Origin: Oopsacas minuta
Taxonomy: Eukaryota; Animalia; Porifera
Assembly: GCA_024704765.1 (NCBI GenBank)
Contig: JAKMXF010000295.1
Span: forward strand, 248,001 to 312,000
Direction of reading: 5' to 3'
DNA length: 64,000 bases
Position numbers and translations under genes: made by a program
The notes under the pieces: generated by a model
The model's input: only the letters and a program-made list of their open reading frames with translations
Told to the model about the DNA's origin: nothing
Database searches by the model: none
Part shown: positions 11,653 to 24,736 of the stretch, piece after piece
How positions within the stretch are numbered: the stretch's first letter is position 1
How the letters are laid out: each line of letters starts with the position of its first letter

Positions 11653-13001
11653 CAGTGTCGGTTAAAAATAATTGCTCAAGATGAATGTATACAGTATAGT
11701 AAATGTCAAATTGTATACACTGACCAGATAGTTGAATTCTTGCGAAACTATACTCAGCCATATGTATTTTGACAAGTAGCACACCAACACAGCTAATCCA
11801 TTCAATATATTTGCACAACTTACAGTTTTTATTTTGTATTCTTTTTTTCCAATTTATCTGTTTTTATCGAATTTTCAATGCCTTCTAAACCCCGAATTTC
11901 CATTGAAAATCGAGCCAACCTGATACTACTTTCAGAAAGTGGCCATACTTAGAGGGAGGTAGCTAAAATGGTTGGGTGTAGCCAAAAAAGTGTAGCTGAG
12001 ATCCTTAAGAAACACAGGCTGACTGGCACGGTAAGAGACCTCGCTATTCCGGGTAGGCCTTGTGTCACAACCAAAAGGCAAGACAATTTATTGGTCAGAA
12101 AATGCAAAAAGGATCGATTTAAGACTGCTATTCAGATCAATGCTGAAGTGTTATCAGAATATTCGACAAAACTTTCCACTTCAACAGTTCAGAGAAGCTT
12201 ACGAGGGGCTGGACTGTTCGGACGAAACCGCGAAGGAAGCCCCGCCTTACTATCAAGCACAAAAGAGACCGACTTTCCTTCACAAGATCGCACAAGTATT
12301 GGAATACTGAAGAATGGGCAAGAGTTGTGTTCAGTGACGAATCTAGGTTCCTACTGTATACTAATGACTGGAGAGCCTACGTCAGGAGGATGAAAGGGGA
12401 GGAGTTCTCTGGGAGGTGTCTTCAAAACTTGCAAGTTTGGTGGAGGTGGCATCATGGTTTGGGTATGCTTTTGCTGGAGTGGCGTAGGACTCTTGTGGAA
12501 AGTATCTGGGAACCTCAAGACAATTCCTACATTGATATATTGGAAAATGCACTAATCCCAAGCGTTGATTTACATTCTCTACACTCTGGATGGACCTTTC
12601 AGCAAGAAAACGCCCCATGCCATAGGCCAAAGGGTACTAAGCAATGGTTTGGTGAGCAAAAAATAGAGGTTATGAATTGGCCTGCTCAGTCACCTGATCT
12701 AAATCCGATTGAGAATCTTTGGGATCACATTTTCCTCAGAATTCAAGAGAAAAGCCCATCCAACCACTCAGAGTTGTGGAATGCCATATTAAGCACTTGG
12801 GATAGCATCGACATTAACAGGCTCCATACTCTAATTGAGAGTTGCCGCAAAGATGTAAAGCCATAATTCAAGCAAGAGGAGGTTCTACTAAATACTAACA
12901 ACAATTTACTTGATTATAATAAAGCCCTATAGTTAAAATCAGTCATAGATATAAGAAATTGGGGTAAATTTATTCTGAGCAATTCTTTTTGACCGGCACT
13001 G
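11653..13001 (+). mobile_element. Tc1 (DD34E) element, frameshifted
   Basis: TIR CAGTGTCGGTTAAAAATAATTGCTCA vs CAGTGCCGGTCAAAAAGAATTGCTCA with TA flanks; FSDESRF, FQQENAPCH (D2 changed to E), SPDLNPIENLW at 34 spacing; ORF split into 11968..12393, 12062..12310 and 12327..12866. Confidence 0.92.

Positions 13002-13027
<26 letters not shown>
13002..13027. repeat. (TA)n microsatellite at the Tc1 target site
   Basis: About 13 TA units directly after the Tc1 right TIR. Confidence 0.9.
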
Positions 13028-13033
<6 letters not shown>

Positions 13034-13579
13034 CAGTCGTGACTTATGTAATATAAGGCCTGGCTATTGTGTATAGAATTTCTTACCATGGAGTACTTAA
13101 AGTGCATTTTGTATTCACCCATAAGTGTAACATGCAAAATTGACATCTGAATTGCTGAAATTCTGTTGTAATCACTTCTTGCATATAGTTACAGTCTGTT
13201 ACATATATATTTAGAATTTTGTTTTTACTGAGGAATAACTGAAATACCAGAATCTAGAAAATTATCACTTTATTTTGTGAATAAATAACACTGACATACA
13301 ACATCTTTGATGATCTTCTTTCTCTATTATTTTTAAATAGTGTAGATATATATTGGGAAGTACATGTATTTTTTTTCATTCTCAAGGGTACTAAAAGTAA
13401 GAAATTTCTGTTTAAGTTATTTCGGTCTTTTAATTGACTACGTGGCCAAAATATTTCTAAATTCAATTCTACACATCACCCTTATCCAATTTATTTGGTT
13501 TTAATTGCTTATATGATGTAAATTGCCTCTAATAGTAGTTATAATCAGTTTGATTCCACTCTTGTTCATTTTATTGTTT

Positions 13580-14125
13580 ATGGCTTCCCGGGTTTGTAAA
13601 AATTCTTCTGAAAAGTTTGGTCGTATTTGTGGGAGGTATACTACAACTGACCAACGGAAAATAACACAAAGGCTATAGAACGCGGTTATTTCGCATATTT
13701 TGGATGCCATCTTGGGGTTTAAGATAAGCCGTAGGCTCCACACAATGAATGTAAGACATGTGTTGAGAACTTACGCTTGTGGTATGCTGGGAAGAGAAAG
13801 AAAATGCCATTTGCAGTTCCAATGATATGGAGAGAACCAATGTGTCATCTTTCGGATTGTTATTTCTGTATGACGAAAATTGATGGTATCACAAAAAACG
13901 AATAAATCCAGTACTGCGTACACAGACGTACCGTCCGCCATTAGGCCAGTTCCACATTCAGTGGACCTACTTGTACCAGTTCCATTAGAAATATTGAACA
14001 TTAGCAGTGACAATGATAGTAGTGGAGATTCTGATGAGTACATACTCCCACCAGATGATAGTTCTCCTCAGCTTATTGATCAAGATGATCTTGATGGCCT
14101 AATAAGAGATCTCAATTTACCAAAT
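13580..14125 (+). pseudogene. Chapaev3-like transposase N-terminal fragment
   Basis: MASRVCKN..ICG, DKP.APH..CKTC, MPFAVPMIWREPMCHLSDCYFC, PSAIRPVPHS, DLDGLIRDLNL; family assignment from motif recall only. Confidence 0.55.
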
Positions 14126-14601
14126 CGTCTTCTGTCTGTCTGTGTGTTTGTTTGTCTATCTGTCTGTCTGTCTATCCGTTTGTCCGTTGCTAAGGAAGCT
14201 GAAATGGAATGTGGAATTCGTATTTGTAAAAATGTTTGCATCTATATATCTATGGTGTTAATCAAGAAAATATACAAATTTCATAAAACTTGACTAAAGG
14301 TTAGCAAATATGTGAATCCGAATCACACTTATGGATTTGTCATATACAAATTTAAGTTGTTTATATGAATATAAAGTAAACAAAAAGTAAACAAATTTCA
14401 AAATTATCCTAGAAATGTGGTTTGAACGGCTATTGTGGGGTAATCGGGTACGCTGTTTCCGAAAACCACACAAATTAGTAGTCACAGCGAGGGCCGAAGG
14501 CCGAGTACGAACACGGTGTTAGAATCCGCGTAGCGCAAGCAAGCGTAGCGTGCTAGTGATAGTTAATATAAGTATGATTTAGTAGGTTATAAACATGAAT
14601 G

Positions 14602-15018
14602 CAGGGCTGTATCAACTCATTTTGAGTTGGCAAAATCAACTCATTTTGTTGAACGAGTTGATAGTTCAATGAAATGAGTTCAACTCATTTTAGATAATGA
14701 GTTGTCTGAATCAACTCATTTTACGCAATATTTTTCTTTCGGATAATTATGTTAATGATCTCTAATACGGTAATAGTAGATTGTCTTATGAAGAAAAAAC
14801 TATAGTTGATTCCAACCATTCAATGCATATCAGACTGCATGTATATTCCTAATAATATATAGTGTAACACAATTTGAGTTGAAATGAGTTGAAATGAGTT
14901 GAATGGATTAGTTACATCCAAATGAATGAGTAGAATGAGTTGGTGCAATAAATATGAATGAGTTTGTGGAAAAATATGAGTTGATTTTGCCAACTCAAAA
15001 TGAGTTGATACAGCCCTG
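14602..15018. mobile_element. hAT-type MITE, 417 bp
   Basis: Perfect 43-bp TIR beginning CAGGGCTGTATCAACTC; perfect 8-bp TSD CATGAATG; internal AACTCA/TGAGTT repeats. Confidence 0.95.
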
Positions 15019-15172
15019 CATGAATGTATGTTTAATTTCATATATTTAATCGCATATTGGCCAATCTTCCAACCAGAAAATCACAAATTCTAGACCTGTT
15101 GTGAATACATACCTAACTCATTCATAAAAATTCCCTTCTAATTGTTCAATTTCAGCTATTTTTATTTAATCA

Positions 15173-16270
15173 TCAAAAACTTTTTACAATTTTGTATATC
15201 AGTGTAATTGATAATCGATATTTAATGGGATATCCATCGTTATCAACAGCCATTTGGCACCTTCGTGTCATGGATTCCCAGTAAGGTCGCAAAAATGCAG
15301 GATCGATTCGATTCCATAAGCTTTCTAACTTTTCTTTTAGTTCTGGAATGCTCCTAGGGCCTAGTTTAATCAGCTCCTGCTTTACCCATCCAAATAAATT
15401 TTCGATAGGGTTGAGGTCTTGAATTTGTTTGGGGACATTCTGTGAGAGCCAAACCTTGACCTTCCGTGAGGTGTGTTTAGGATCATTACCCATGACCAAT
15501 CGCCAATTATCTTCATGGAATACATTTGCCTGAGCTATCAAATGACCCTCCATTATCTGTAAGAACAAGTCACTATCCATATTCTGTGTAAAAATGCACA
15601 GTGGAAATGTGCCCATGGATGAAAAAGCAGCCCACGCGTGAATCTTGGGGACATGTTTGGTTGTTGGAGCGAATCTTTTTTTGTTGGATTTTGTCCACAT
15701 CCTTATTCTCCCTCTAGATAGCCAGATCAACATCTTGTCAAGGAGTACAGTGTTCGCCCATTCCTTTTTAGGATACTTGTGCTTCTTGGCCCATCTTATG
15801 TGGTCAAAACGGTTCTTTTCGCTAAGCATGGGGGTTTTAGTTGGATAGGGTTTGGTGTAAGACTGGCCTTTTAAAATGCGTCGTATCGTCTGGTAGGATA
15901 TCTTATATGGAGCCCGTTTTGCTAGTGTTCGAAGGGATAAATAGGGCTTATATCTCACTTGTTGTATGGCTGAGTGTTTGAGAGCGAATCGTAAGGTATT
16001 GGCCTCCCTGCTCCCTTTTTGTGAGAGATCTCTCCACCAGCATCTAACCGGGCCTTTACATTGTAGACCGTCGCCAAAGAGATTCCAACATTTTTGGAAA
16101 TTAGTTTGGGACTAAGCTGCTTTGATTGCAATAAGGTCTTTATCATTTCTCTCTTCACAATTTGAGTCATTATCAGCTCTAATATTCAAGTGAATGTGAA
16201 TTACAATCATATTATTAATTAAAGGTGAAAATTACGATAAATGGCGTCACACATTTTTGTATACGACTCC
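15173..16270 (-). mobile_element. Tc1-like element, degenerate, one TIR
   Basis: ORFs 15955..16170 and 15173..15958 give GAGRP, GNDPKHTSR and DLNPIENLF with the WP..SP segment deleted; TIR-like GGCGTCACACATTTTTGTATACGACTC near 16243-16269; partner TIR not found. Confidence 0.8.
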
Positions 16271-18805
16271 TAAAACACCAAAATGAAAGTCGTTTAAGCA
16301 AATATCGTAAGACATTGGAGGAAATAGGTAAAACTTTGTAATACATCGATCAGAAACATGATACTTGAATACTTCAGAATTATGTGGGTTTACAATAACG
16401 ATTCACAATTCTAAATAATTATGCAACAGACTGTATACATGTTATTAGCTCGAGATTAAGTTCCCATGCCTTTCGTTATATAAGATTTTTCATTTTTATC
16501 ATATTCTGCAATTCTGTTTCATCACTGATTAGCCTTGATGCCTAACATTTGCTCTGCACCTGGATGCCGGAGTAATTATTCAGGGGAGCCATATACACCA
16601 GTATTCAGATTACCCTCAAACTCTAAACTTAGAGAAATATGGCTACGCACTCTGCACAGGCAGGATATTGAAGATCTAAAAAACGTATTTATTTGTTCTA
16701 ATCACTTTCGTACTGAAGATGTCATCACTGAAGTGGATATGCCTCAACCTGATGGCTCATTACAAAAATTTCTCGGTGACCAATTCTACATAAAAACGCT
16801 ATACCTTGTCTCTTCCCAGTTGTCCCAAGTATCTTAGCTCACCATCCCCGAAGCCTGAACGTTTAGATCGTGGAAGATCGAGAGTAAATTCTTCTTTCAA
16901 GCCTTGGAACAGAGCCTTGATCTTCATAAAGCTGAGGATAGTAAGTTCGGTGTCAAATCATTAGGAGAGCTAAAATGTAAACTCGAAGAATTTGAACTAC
17001 CTTCTTCTTGGGTTAAATGGTTGTCAGATGACACGTCTATTAACTTGCTAAAGCTGTCAAAAGACAAACATAAATATATATACCGGTATATGTTTCAATT
17101 AATGACTCCTTAACACCTACAGGCTTCTATCAAACATTCAAATTCCTCTCACAATATACAGTCTCAGTGATATTCGAGAAATCGATACCATCATCAGCGA
17201 GGTTTCTGCATACACTAAGGACCCTGTTGAAAACTGTATTCGCCAAGCTACTTCTAACATTGATAGTACGATTTCGAAGATAGGAACTTCGAACGATATG
17301 CTAGAGAAATATTCAGAATTGTTACTCCAGTTAAAGTTTCTACAGTACCAGGTTGAGAATTCACTAATTCCTAAAAATCGAAGACGGTACAATATTGTTA
17401 CAATTTTGCTAGCTCTAAATCTCATTTGATATCTTCTACCTGCTACAGCTACTTACAGTCTTTGAATTGTTTAATATTTCCCCACCCAACAACTCTACGT
17501 AGTCTTTATGGAACTATAGGCTTAGAATGTGAGTTGCAAACATATTTAAAGGCTTCTACTGCTAATTTCAATAACCAAGAAAGGAATGTTACATTACATA
17601 TGGATGAAATACATGTAAAATCAGAGTTTTCTTACACAAGTGGGAGAATACCCGGCTGTACAACTACACAAAACGAAGCAGCCAATACAGTTCTAGCATT
17701 TATGATATCAAGTTGATGCACAAAATGGTCTACAGTTGTACGACTCCTACCTTGCACAAAATCTTCAGCTGCTCAAATACTACCTATTTTACATGAAGTA
17801 ATCAAGGATGTAAAAAGTTGTGATCTTCAAATTCAAGTTATTTGCACAGATAACTACCCTCTGAATGTGAATCTGTTTAAGCTACTATCCCCTACTTCCA
17901 ATCTTGAAACCTGTGTTTCTCACCCATTAGACACTTGTAGACCTCTGTATCTTATCTTCGACTTTGTCCACATCATCAAATAGTAAGAAATAAAAGGATA
18001 AATCAAATCGATTCTAATCACACGCTTAGCTATCCTTCATTCGTATCTTGCGAATATGCTTTAAAGGTACCATTTCAAGACCTTCGGAATCTCTTTAAAC
18101 TTGAGCAAAATTCTGTCGCTAAACAGCCCACCGATTAACGACTAAATCCTGCTGGCCATCTAGCCTTGAAAGACAGAATGTCAATTTAGCACTTCGCATA
18201 TTTAACGACTCAACCTCTGCAGCTTTAACAGTCCATGCTTCTAAATATGGTCAGGTTTCAGGAACAGCTTAGTTCATTAGCAGTATTTGTAAGGTATGGA
18301 AGATCTTCAACATAAATAGAGATAATAAAGACATCCGCTTAAATGACGAGCTTTCTAAGTCACTACAGAGTAATGATATTTGGTTTGTATTTCTCTCAGA
18401 TGTTGTGAAATGGCTTGATGATTGGAAAACTTTACCCACAAGCACAGAAAACTCACTGTACCAACCAGGCTTGGACCGGGTCATGATTTCCTGACCCGAT
18501 AGACCAGGTTGAAACTTCTGACCCGGTGACCTGGTTTCGTTATTTGACCCGGTTTTTCAAAACATTAATTTTCTATATTCATGCGATTTGATAATCATTA
18601 GATTTTACCAAGTTTGAATATCCAGGGAGAATTGTAGAAGGGGTCGGTAAGTCTGGACAAGGTAGTGTTGTAAAACTCGCCTAGGGTCCTAATAGTTAAA
18701 GTTGGGATATATAGCAGCTGGGACCCTAGTGTTTTCTGTTGCCACCATATTTTTGTTCCAGAAGCCCTGAAAATATGTTCTTATTTTGATATATGAAATT
18801 TACTA

Positions 18806-20685
18806 CAGTAGAAGCTCGCAAACCGGGGCAGCTTGGCATTTCTGAAAAGTGCCCCGGGTTTGGGAGAGTGCCCCGGTTTGCGAGCTTAACAATATTTTCA
18901 AAATGAATTTGGATTATGCTACAGTCTAGACTTCTTTTCACTTAAATAGACATGATTACATTGTTTAATAGATTATTCCAACCAATATCTACAGGGTTAG
19001 GCATAAGTTCTGCAACAAGTATAAACTAGTATATTTCTTATTTTACCATAATAGTAGTTGAAATTCGTAATGAATTAGTGAATATACATACCAGGGATAA
19101 TGAAATTAATCTAGCTCTTTGAATGTATTGCCCTTTGCTGCGATACATAGGCTCAATCGCTTATAGAAATTATCGACAGCAGCACGCAACACGTCCTCAC
19201 TGATTAAATCCCACTCTCTTTTCAAGGAAGACTTCAGACTTTCGACATTCTTGTGAGGCTTTGCACATATCCTTGACTCTAAGATGGACCATATACAGAA
19301 ATCCATAGAGTTTAGATCTGGAGAAGAGGCCGGCCATTCTTCAGTTGATATAAATTCCGGTACATTGAGTTTCAACCACTCAGATGTCATTTTGGCTTTG
19401 TGGGAGAGAGCGGAATCTTGCTGGAACACCCAATGCGTGCCATTGAAGTGCCCGTCCGCCCAAGGCTTCAATGGGTTCTCTAAAATGCTCTCTACATACA
19501 CCTCTTTGTTAATTTTCACCCCTTTGTCAATGACCACCAGAGGTGTCCGATCATCAGAAGTAATAGCTCCCCAAACCATGACCGATGCAGGTTTCTGAGT
19601 TCTTTCGATTATGCGTATTGATGACGATATAGACTTTTGATCTGGAGCAAGAATTCGACTGTTTTGGTGATTATATACCATTTCTACGGTCAAAATCTTC
19701 TCATCGGAGAAGACAATACTCTGGTGCGTGCCACCAGTGAACCTTTTTCACAGAATCAGACATTTTTCATACCAACGCCTCTTATTCACCTCAGAAAATT
19801 ACTGTACCTCTCGAAATTTGTAGCATTTCAAGCCTATCTTTAGGAAGAACAAGGGACTTGGTGGTTGTTGCCCTGAAATATAACCCAGTTTCATCTAGGT
19901 TATAGACATCTTCCGGCTTATAAGACCCAATGATCCTAGGCAAGTCCTCTTCCCAATTCTTGAGAACCACCTTTTCAACACCTGCTGCATCACCGCTAAG
20001 TGCTCTTCCGCAGATTCCATGACGCGCCTTCACTCTCTAAAGCCATCCCTCTGAAGCCTTAAATCCCTCCATTCCATTTGCATTAGCTTCTCTCTCAGCT
20101 AGGGTACGAAGCATAGGGCCAGTTACGGCCATTCCTCGATCTCGTGCTAATTTCAGGAATTCAATAACAGCAGTCTCGATATCTTCGTACATGGGAACAA
20201 CAACAGAATGCTTTCGTTTCCTGATGTTCTCAGGGATTTCACTTGTTTCGTCTATATGTAACTGAATGGCCACGCGATTGAATTTGATACGGTTAATTGA
20301 TCCTTTACCCACATTGAAGAATTCAGCCACTATACGCTCACTCTTGCCATCATCCAACATCCTAAGAGATATGTGTCGTTGTTCGATGGTTAGGGCAGAC
20401 TTGTGTGAAGATTTGATAGTAGACATGTAGTTTTTATAGTAAAAAGGAAACTAAGCAATTAATATAATAAGGTTGTTCTCTGTTCAACGGTTTGTTGTCC
20501 CGAATTGATTGACTACAATTTATACAGCTTAGTGCATCATAAGGGCTGGATACAATGAAGACTAAGAGCACAAATACAATGGAAACAAGGCGCCCTGGTT
20601 TGGGAGAGAAATTTAGGTGGAAAAAACCAAAATTGATGGAAGGTGCCCCGGTTTGGGAGGTGCCCCGGTTTGCGAGCTTCTACTG
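18806..20685 (-). mobile_element. pogo/Tigger-like element with its core replaced by a maT fragment
   Basis: Perfect 25-bp TIR CAGTAGAAGCTCGCAAACCGGGGCA with TA flanks; CENP-B-type HTH (20426-20037) and YNLDETGLYF; truncated near 19840. Confidence 0.93.
18992..19841 (-). mobile_element. 3' half of a DD37D maT element
   Basis: TIR CAGGGTTAGGCATAAGTTCTG after TA at 18990-91; VFSDEK, FQQDSA and SPDLNSMDF with 37 spacing; 5' half missing. Confidence 0.9.
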
Positions 20686-20779
20686 TATATTTAAGTAACG
20701 CTAAGAACAAATGATAATTATAATTAATGGAGATAAAGATTAGAAATATAATTGAAGATATACTAAGTGAAGTCTGTCA

Positions 20780-22718
20780 TATTATCTTCTTTTTCAATGC
20801 GTCATTAGGAAGAACTAACCCCTCCACAGTATCTGGATTCAATTTTGCCCGATCCTTCCCTGTAACGTGACCGGATGAACTAAGCGGTGCTCCGATTCAG
20901 CCGAACTAGCTTGATGTACTAAAAATGACTGTGACAGGAACTGGTAATTGGGAATCTGCAACTGTGTTTCCCCCACCACTTATAGGATCAAAGATATCTT
21001 CATCATATTGGATGGAAATAATCTTTTCATAGTCTGTTAATTCTGATCTCAAATTTTCTTCATTCCAATTCGTGTAATTTTTAGTCCAAACTGTAGTACT
21101 ACACTTCCTAAAGCATAAAAGTGGACCTAATCTGCTACTTTTAGGAGCTGGCGGCAGAAGAGGTTCATCTACCTGACTTTCCTCAATTCGGAATTGGGTG
21201 GAAGGAATTAATTTCTCTTTAAATGCAAGTATAATGCCTTCTCTTGCAGTTTAAAGGAAATTGACGCGAGCTTGTTTATTCTTCACGAATAGAGATGATT
21301 TTAGTGTAGGATTGAGGTAAGTTGCAATAGGATGGATTGAATTTACAGAGGCCCACACCTTTTGTACAAGCTCTTCTGTCATTATTCGTTTCAGGAGCGT
21401 GCTAATGGATCATCATCTATTTCTATTTCCCAAGCATTTTGAAGAGCATAATATGAAGGTACCACATTCAGAATACTAGTTATAGATCCACATTCGAGGA
21501 TATCGAATATACGATTAATTTTTCAAAAAAACTTCGTGACGATAGCCAAAAGATTCAAGTCCATTCCTGCCACAATGTAAGCCTTATTCCCTTCTGTTAA
21601 TATTTCTGATAACTTTCCATATGATTGCAAAATCGAGTTAATCATTGAGTAAAGACTTCTCCATGGCCTTGTCTTACCACCTCTTTTCAGTGATATAGGG
21701 AGTTCCGATTGGATTCCAGATGATTTCTTTGCAAATATAGCATCTTTATTAACGCTATCATGAAGCTGGTCGAGTTCATCATTTTCCATCATGGCTCGTT
21801 CCCATCCAGTTTTAATCGCGGTGCTTCTGTGACAGGCACAATCTATCCTAATCTTTTGTGAGGTAGCAGCCACCATATTTCCTCCCTTATTTATTGTAAC
21901 AGGAGTATCAGCAGGATCACAATATACTTCTGTTAAAATTTGATCTATTCAAACTCAATAATTTCAGTGGTTTTTAATTTGGGAAAAACTTTGCAAGCAT
22001 ACATAGCTCGTTTGAGGGCCCATAATTCTTTACCAATACCACTCTCATCCGTACCCTGTGAAATCCAGAAAAAGGAAACATCTAGATAACTTCTATTCAT
22101 ATCATTATCTGTCCAAAGATCTGTTGTGAAAGTAACAGCATTTTCTGTATTGGATCTTGGAGTCTAAAATAAATATCTTGTTTGATAGTAATGATCTATT
22201 CAACTGTTGAATTCGATATAGCCTTTCGTTCAGGAAGTATTTTAGAAGCACTCACATTACCATATTTTGCACCAATTCTGATCATTTCTTGAGAGAAAAG
22301 GATGAATTGTGGATTTCCAAGGTATTAAATGACAAAATGCCCCCGCAACGAAACTTATACTAGAGATAAGAATAATTTCAGCATCCTGTGTATTTATAAT
22401 ATCCTTAGAACTTCTATTAAGAACAGACGTGATTCTCACCTGTGAGGATGATGATACATCTGGACTACAATGTCGTGTGTGATCATTCAAATTCTTTATT
22501 CCATAATCAATAATCTTACCACTATCCATTTTGATTTTATAAATAATGCATTTGAGACAATGGTTACAGCATGCTACTCCAAAAATAATGTTTCCGTTAT
22601 CGTTCAAAACTTCTGAAAAATATTTCCAATATGTACTAATGCTTAAACGTGTGGAAGATTTTACTTTTAAGGTATAAATCACATTTTCGACTGACTTACG
22701 AATTTCAGGACAATCCAT
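20780..22718 (-). pseudogene. hAT transposase pseudogene
   Basis: BED finger (YWKYF..ACCNHC..LNDHTRHC), TFTTDLWTD, CACHR, TRPWRS and dimerisation domain WW.K..FP..ASSAESE.RFS; frameshifted. Confidence 0.9.
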
Positions 22719-24736
22719 CTTTAAACATACAAAAGTATACAAATCTATATACGTACATAAGAGTATATAAGTATATAAGTATACAGTAATAATGATACCC
22801 AACAAGTTTAGTAAAAATACTAATGATTCATGAAAATGAAACGTTTAACTAATATTGACTGAATCTATATGATTCCACAAACCGATATAATTTAATTATC
22901 TATAAGGATATAAACCGGGACAAATCAATATCAGTGACCCGGTTCAGACCCGAAATTTTTGAAAATAGTGACCCGGTCCAAGCCTGGTACCAACCTTTAC
23001 CAGTTTTCGCCATTCGTGTATTGTCCTTGAAGGGATAGTCAATCATCTTACAAAAACTGTGATTTTACCCATGTTCTTAGTTCTTTCCTTCAAAACGACC
23101 CAATCGAACATCACTTTAGGATTTACCGAATGATGAGCGGTGCCCAGTACAATGTTACATTTTCCCAGGTTTTATAAAGTGAGAGACTAATTAAGATTTC
23201 TGCAATTCTGAAGTTGTTCTCCTCTAGTACTCCGGGTGAGAGCTCAATCTCATTAAAAGAATTTTTTAAAAGTCATTTACAATGTCTGAAGAATCTAGCG
23301 ATGACAATAAAGTCGATTTGGACCCCTATAACAGAGTGTTCAATGAAGAGGAGCACCAATCGTACTTAATACCTCTCTCATTCAATCTTTAGCCATTATT
23401 GCCGGTTATTGTGTTCATTCCATCTTCAAAAGTGCTTTCTATTCTAAGCGAGCTATTACTCACTCTTCTGGCGTAAGAGATACGGAAGAAGTGAGTAGTA
23501 TTTGCTCTCAGTGATTGTCAAGTCTTGTTGTTGAAGATACTTTCGAATTAGATATAACTGATCTCGTCTATAGTTTAAAATGTTCGATTGACAGAGGAGG
23601 TCATAAGTGGCCTTCAGCTCCAGTACTTGAAGCAGTTGTAATTTTGTGGAAGGTCAACTCCAGGATCGAAATGGATTCTAGTCTCTTCAATCTCTTATAA
23701 CAGTCCATCTCTGAAGATCTTAGTTTCCTTGACATTAAATGTAGTTGAGAGTAATGAAACTGAGTTTCGGAGAAACAAATGCCCTACTTGTGACACAATA
23801 GGATGGAATATCTTAAAGACTGTATCCTAGCTAACAAAGTGAAGAACATGAATTCGTTGAAAAAGACATTAACTAAAAGCTCGCATAACTCTCGTAAATA
23901 TACCAAATGTACATCAAAGTACTTAGTAATTTTGCTGTTTGCAGTTTCTTTATTGCCCTAGCATTTCTTATTTCTTTACTTATACAATATAGTTGTAGTG
24001 TAAAATATGATTACTTTCTATCTACCATTTGGTACGAATATTATCAATTACAATGGTATTAATCTCAACATATCATATTCAATACATGCACTTTAAGTAA
24101 TCCATGGTCTAAATGAGCAGTCAGGCCTTATATTACGTAGGTCACGATACAGTTTATAATGTATAGAAATATCATGTAATTTTTACTGTACAGATTATAG
24201 TACGGTTACCTTTGTTAATACAGCCTAGATGTACGGAATCGCGGGACATTCGTGTATATTAGCAATTATATTATTTTAAATATTGTAACCTGTATTTGAT
24301 ATATCAGCAAATATATTCACATTACTAGTGAATTCTGGAACATTGTCATAGTGTATTATTGTAGAGATTCCACGACTGGATAAATATCAGTGAGTGCATC
24401 AATAACTGATTTTGATGTCTTCGTAAACAATGGTCTCGCAGCGACAAGTTCAAATAACAAACAACCACAAAAATGTGTTCGAATCCTTCCGAATTAGATG
24501 GTAAATCGCAAGCAAGGTCCATACCGAAATGATGCCAAGGGATTTCGGAGCTACAATTGGGTGTAATTTTAATTCCGTTTTCTTTAAACGGGGATGATAC
24601 CTTCTGACACTGATAACAACTATTTACCTATATAGGGAGATGAAGTATAAGTTATAAATTTACTCTTCTAGAAAAGGAAATATATTGATACAACTTACAT
24701 ATTTACGAATGTCTTGTTTGCAATCCCTTTCAAATA

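Larger units (their letters stand above)
18466..22986 (-). mobile_element. hAT element (BED-finger transposase) nested in the P element
   Basis: Perfect 18-bp TIR CAGGCTTGGACCGGGTCA; perfect 8-bp TSD GTACCAAC; subterminal TGACCCGG repeats. Confidence 0.95.
16538..23930 (+). pseudogene. THAP-domain P-element transposase, split by the hAT insertion
   Basis: THAP (CSAPGC..FRLP..W..ICSNHF), LHMDEIHVK, ICTDNYPLN, DFVHIIK; reading resumes after 22994 with LQNDPIEHHF and DRGGHKWPS. Confidence 0.9.
13038..24146 (+). mobile_element. P-superfamily (THAP9-like) element expanded to 11.1 kb by nested insertions
   Basis: 25-bp TIR CGTGACTTATGTAATATAAGGCCTG vs CGTGACCTACGTAATATAAGGCCTG (2 mismatches); perfect 7-bp TSD ATACAGT (13031-37, 24147-53); contains a THAP-P transposase pseudogene. 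Confidence 0.8.

Noticed and set aside
14500-14560. Helitron-like 3' end (GCGTAGCG..CTAGT)
   Set aside because: No matching 5' TC end or Rep/helicase sequence; similar GCGAGCGAAGCGAG motifs near 32995 and 58220 lack the CTAG end.
14602-15018. Repeat arrays as CRISPR-like (also 36367-36850)
   Set aside because: No constant-length repeat/spacer pattern; both are bounded by hAT TIRs and 8-bp TSDs in eukaryotic DNA.
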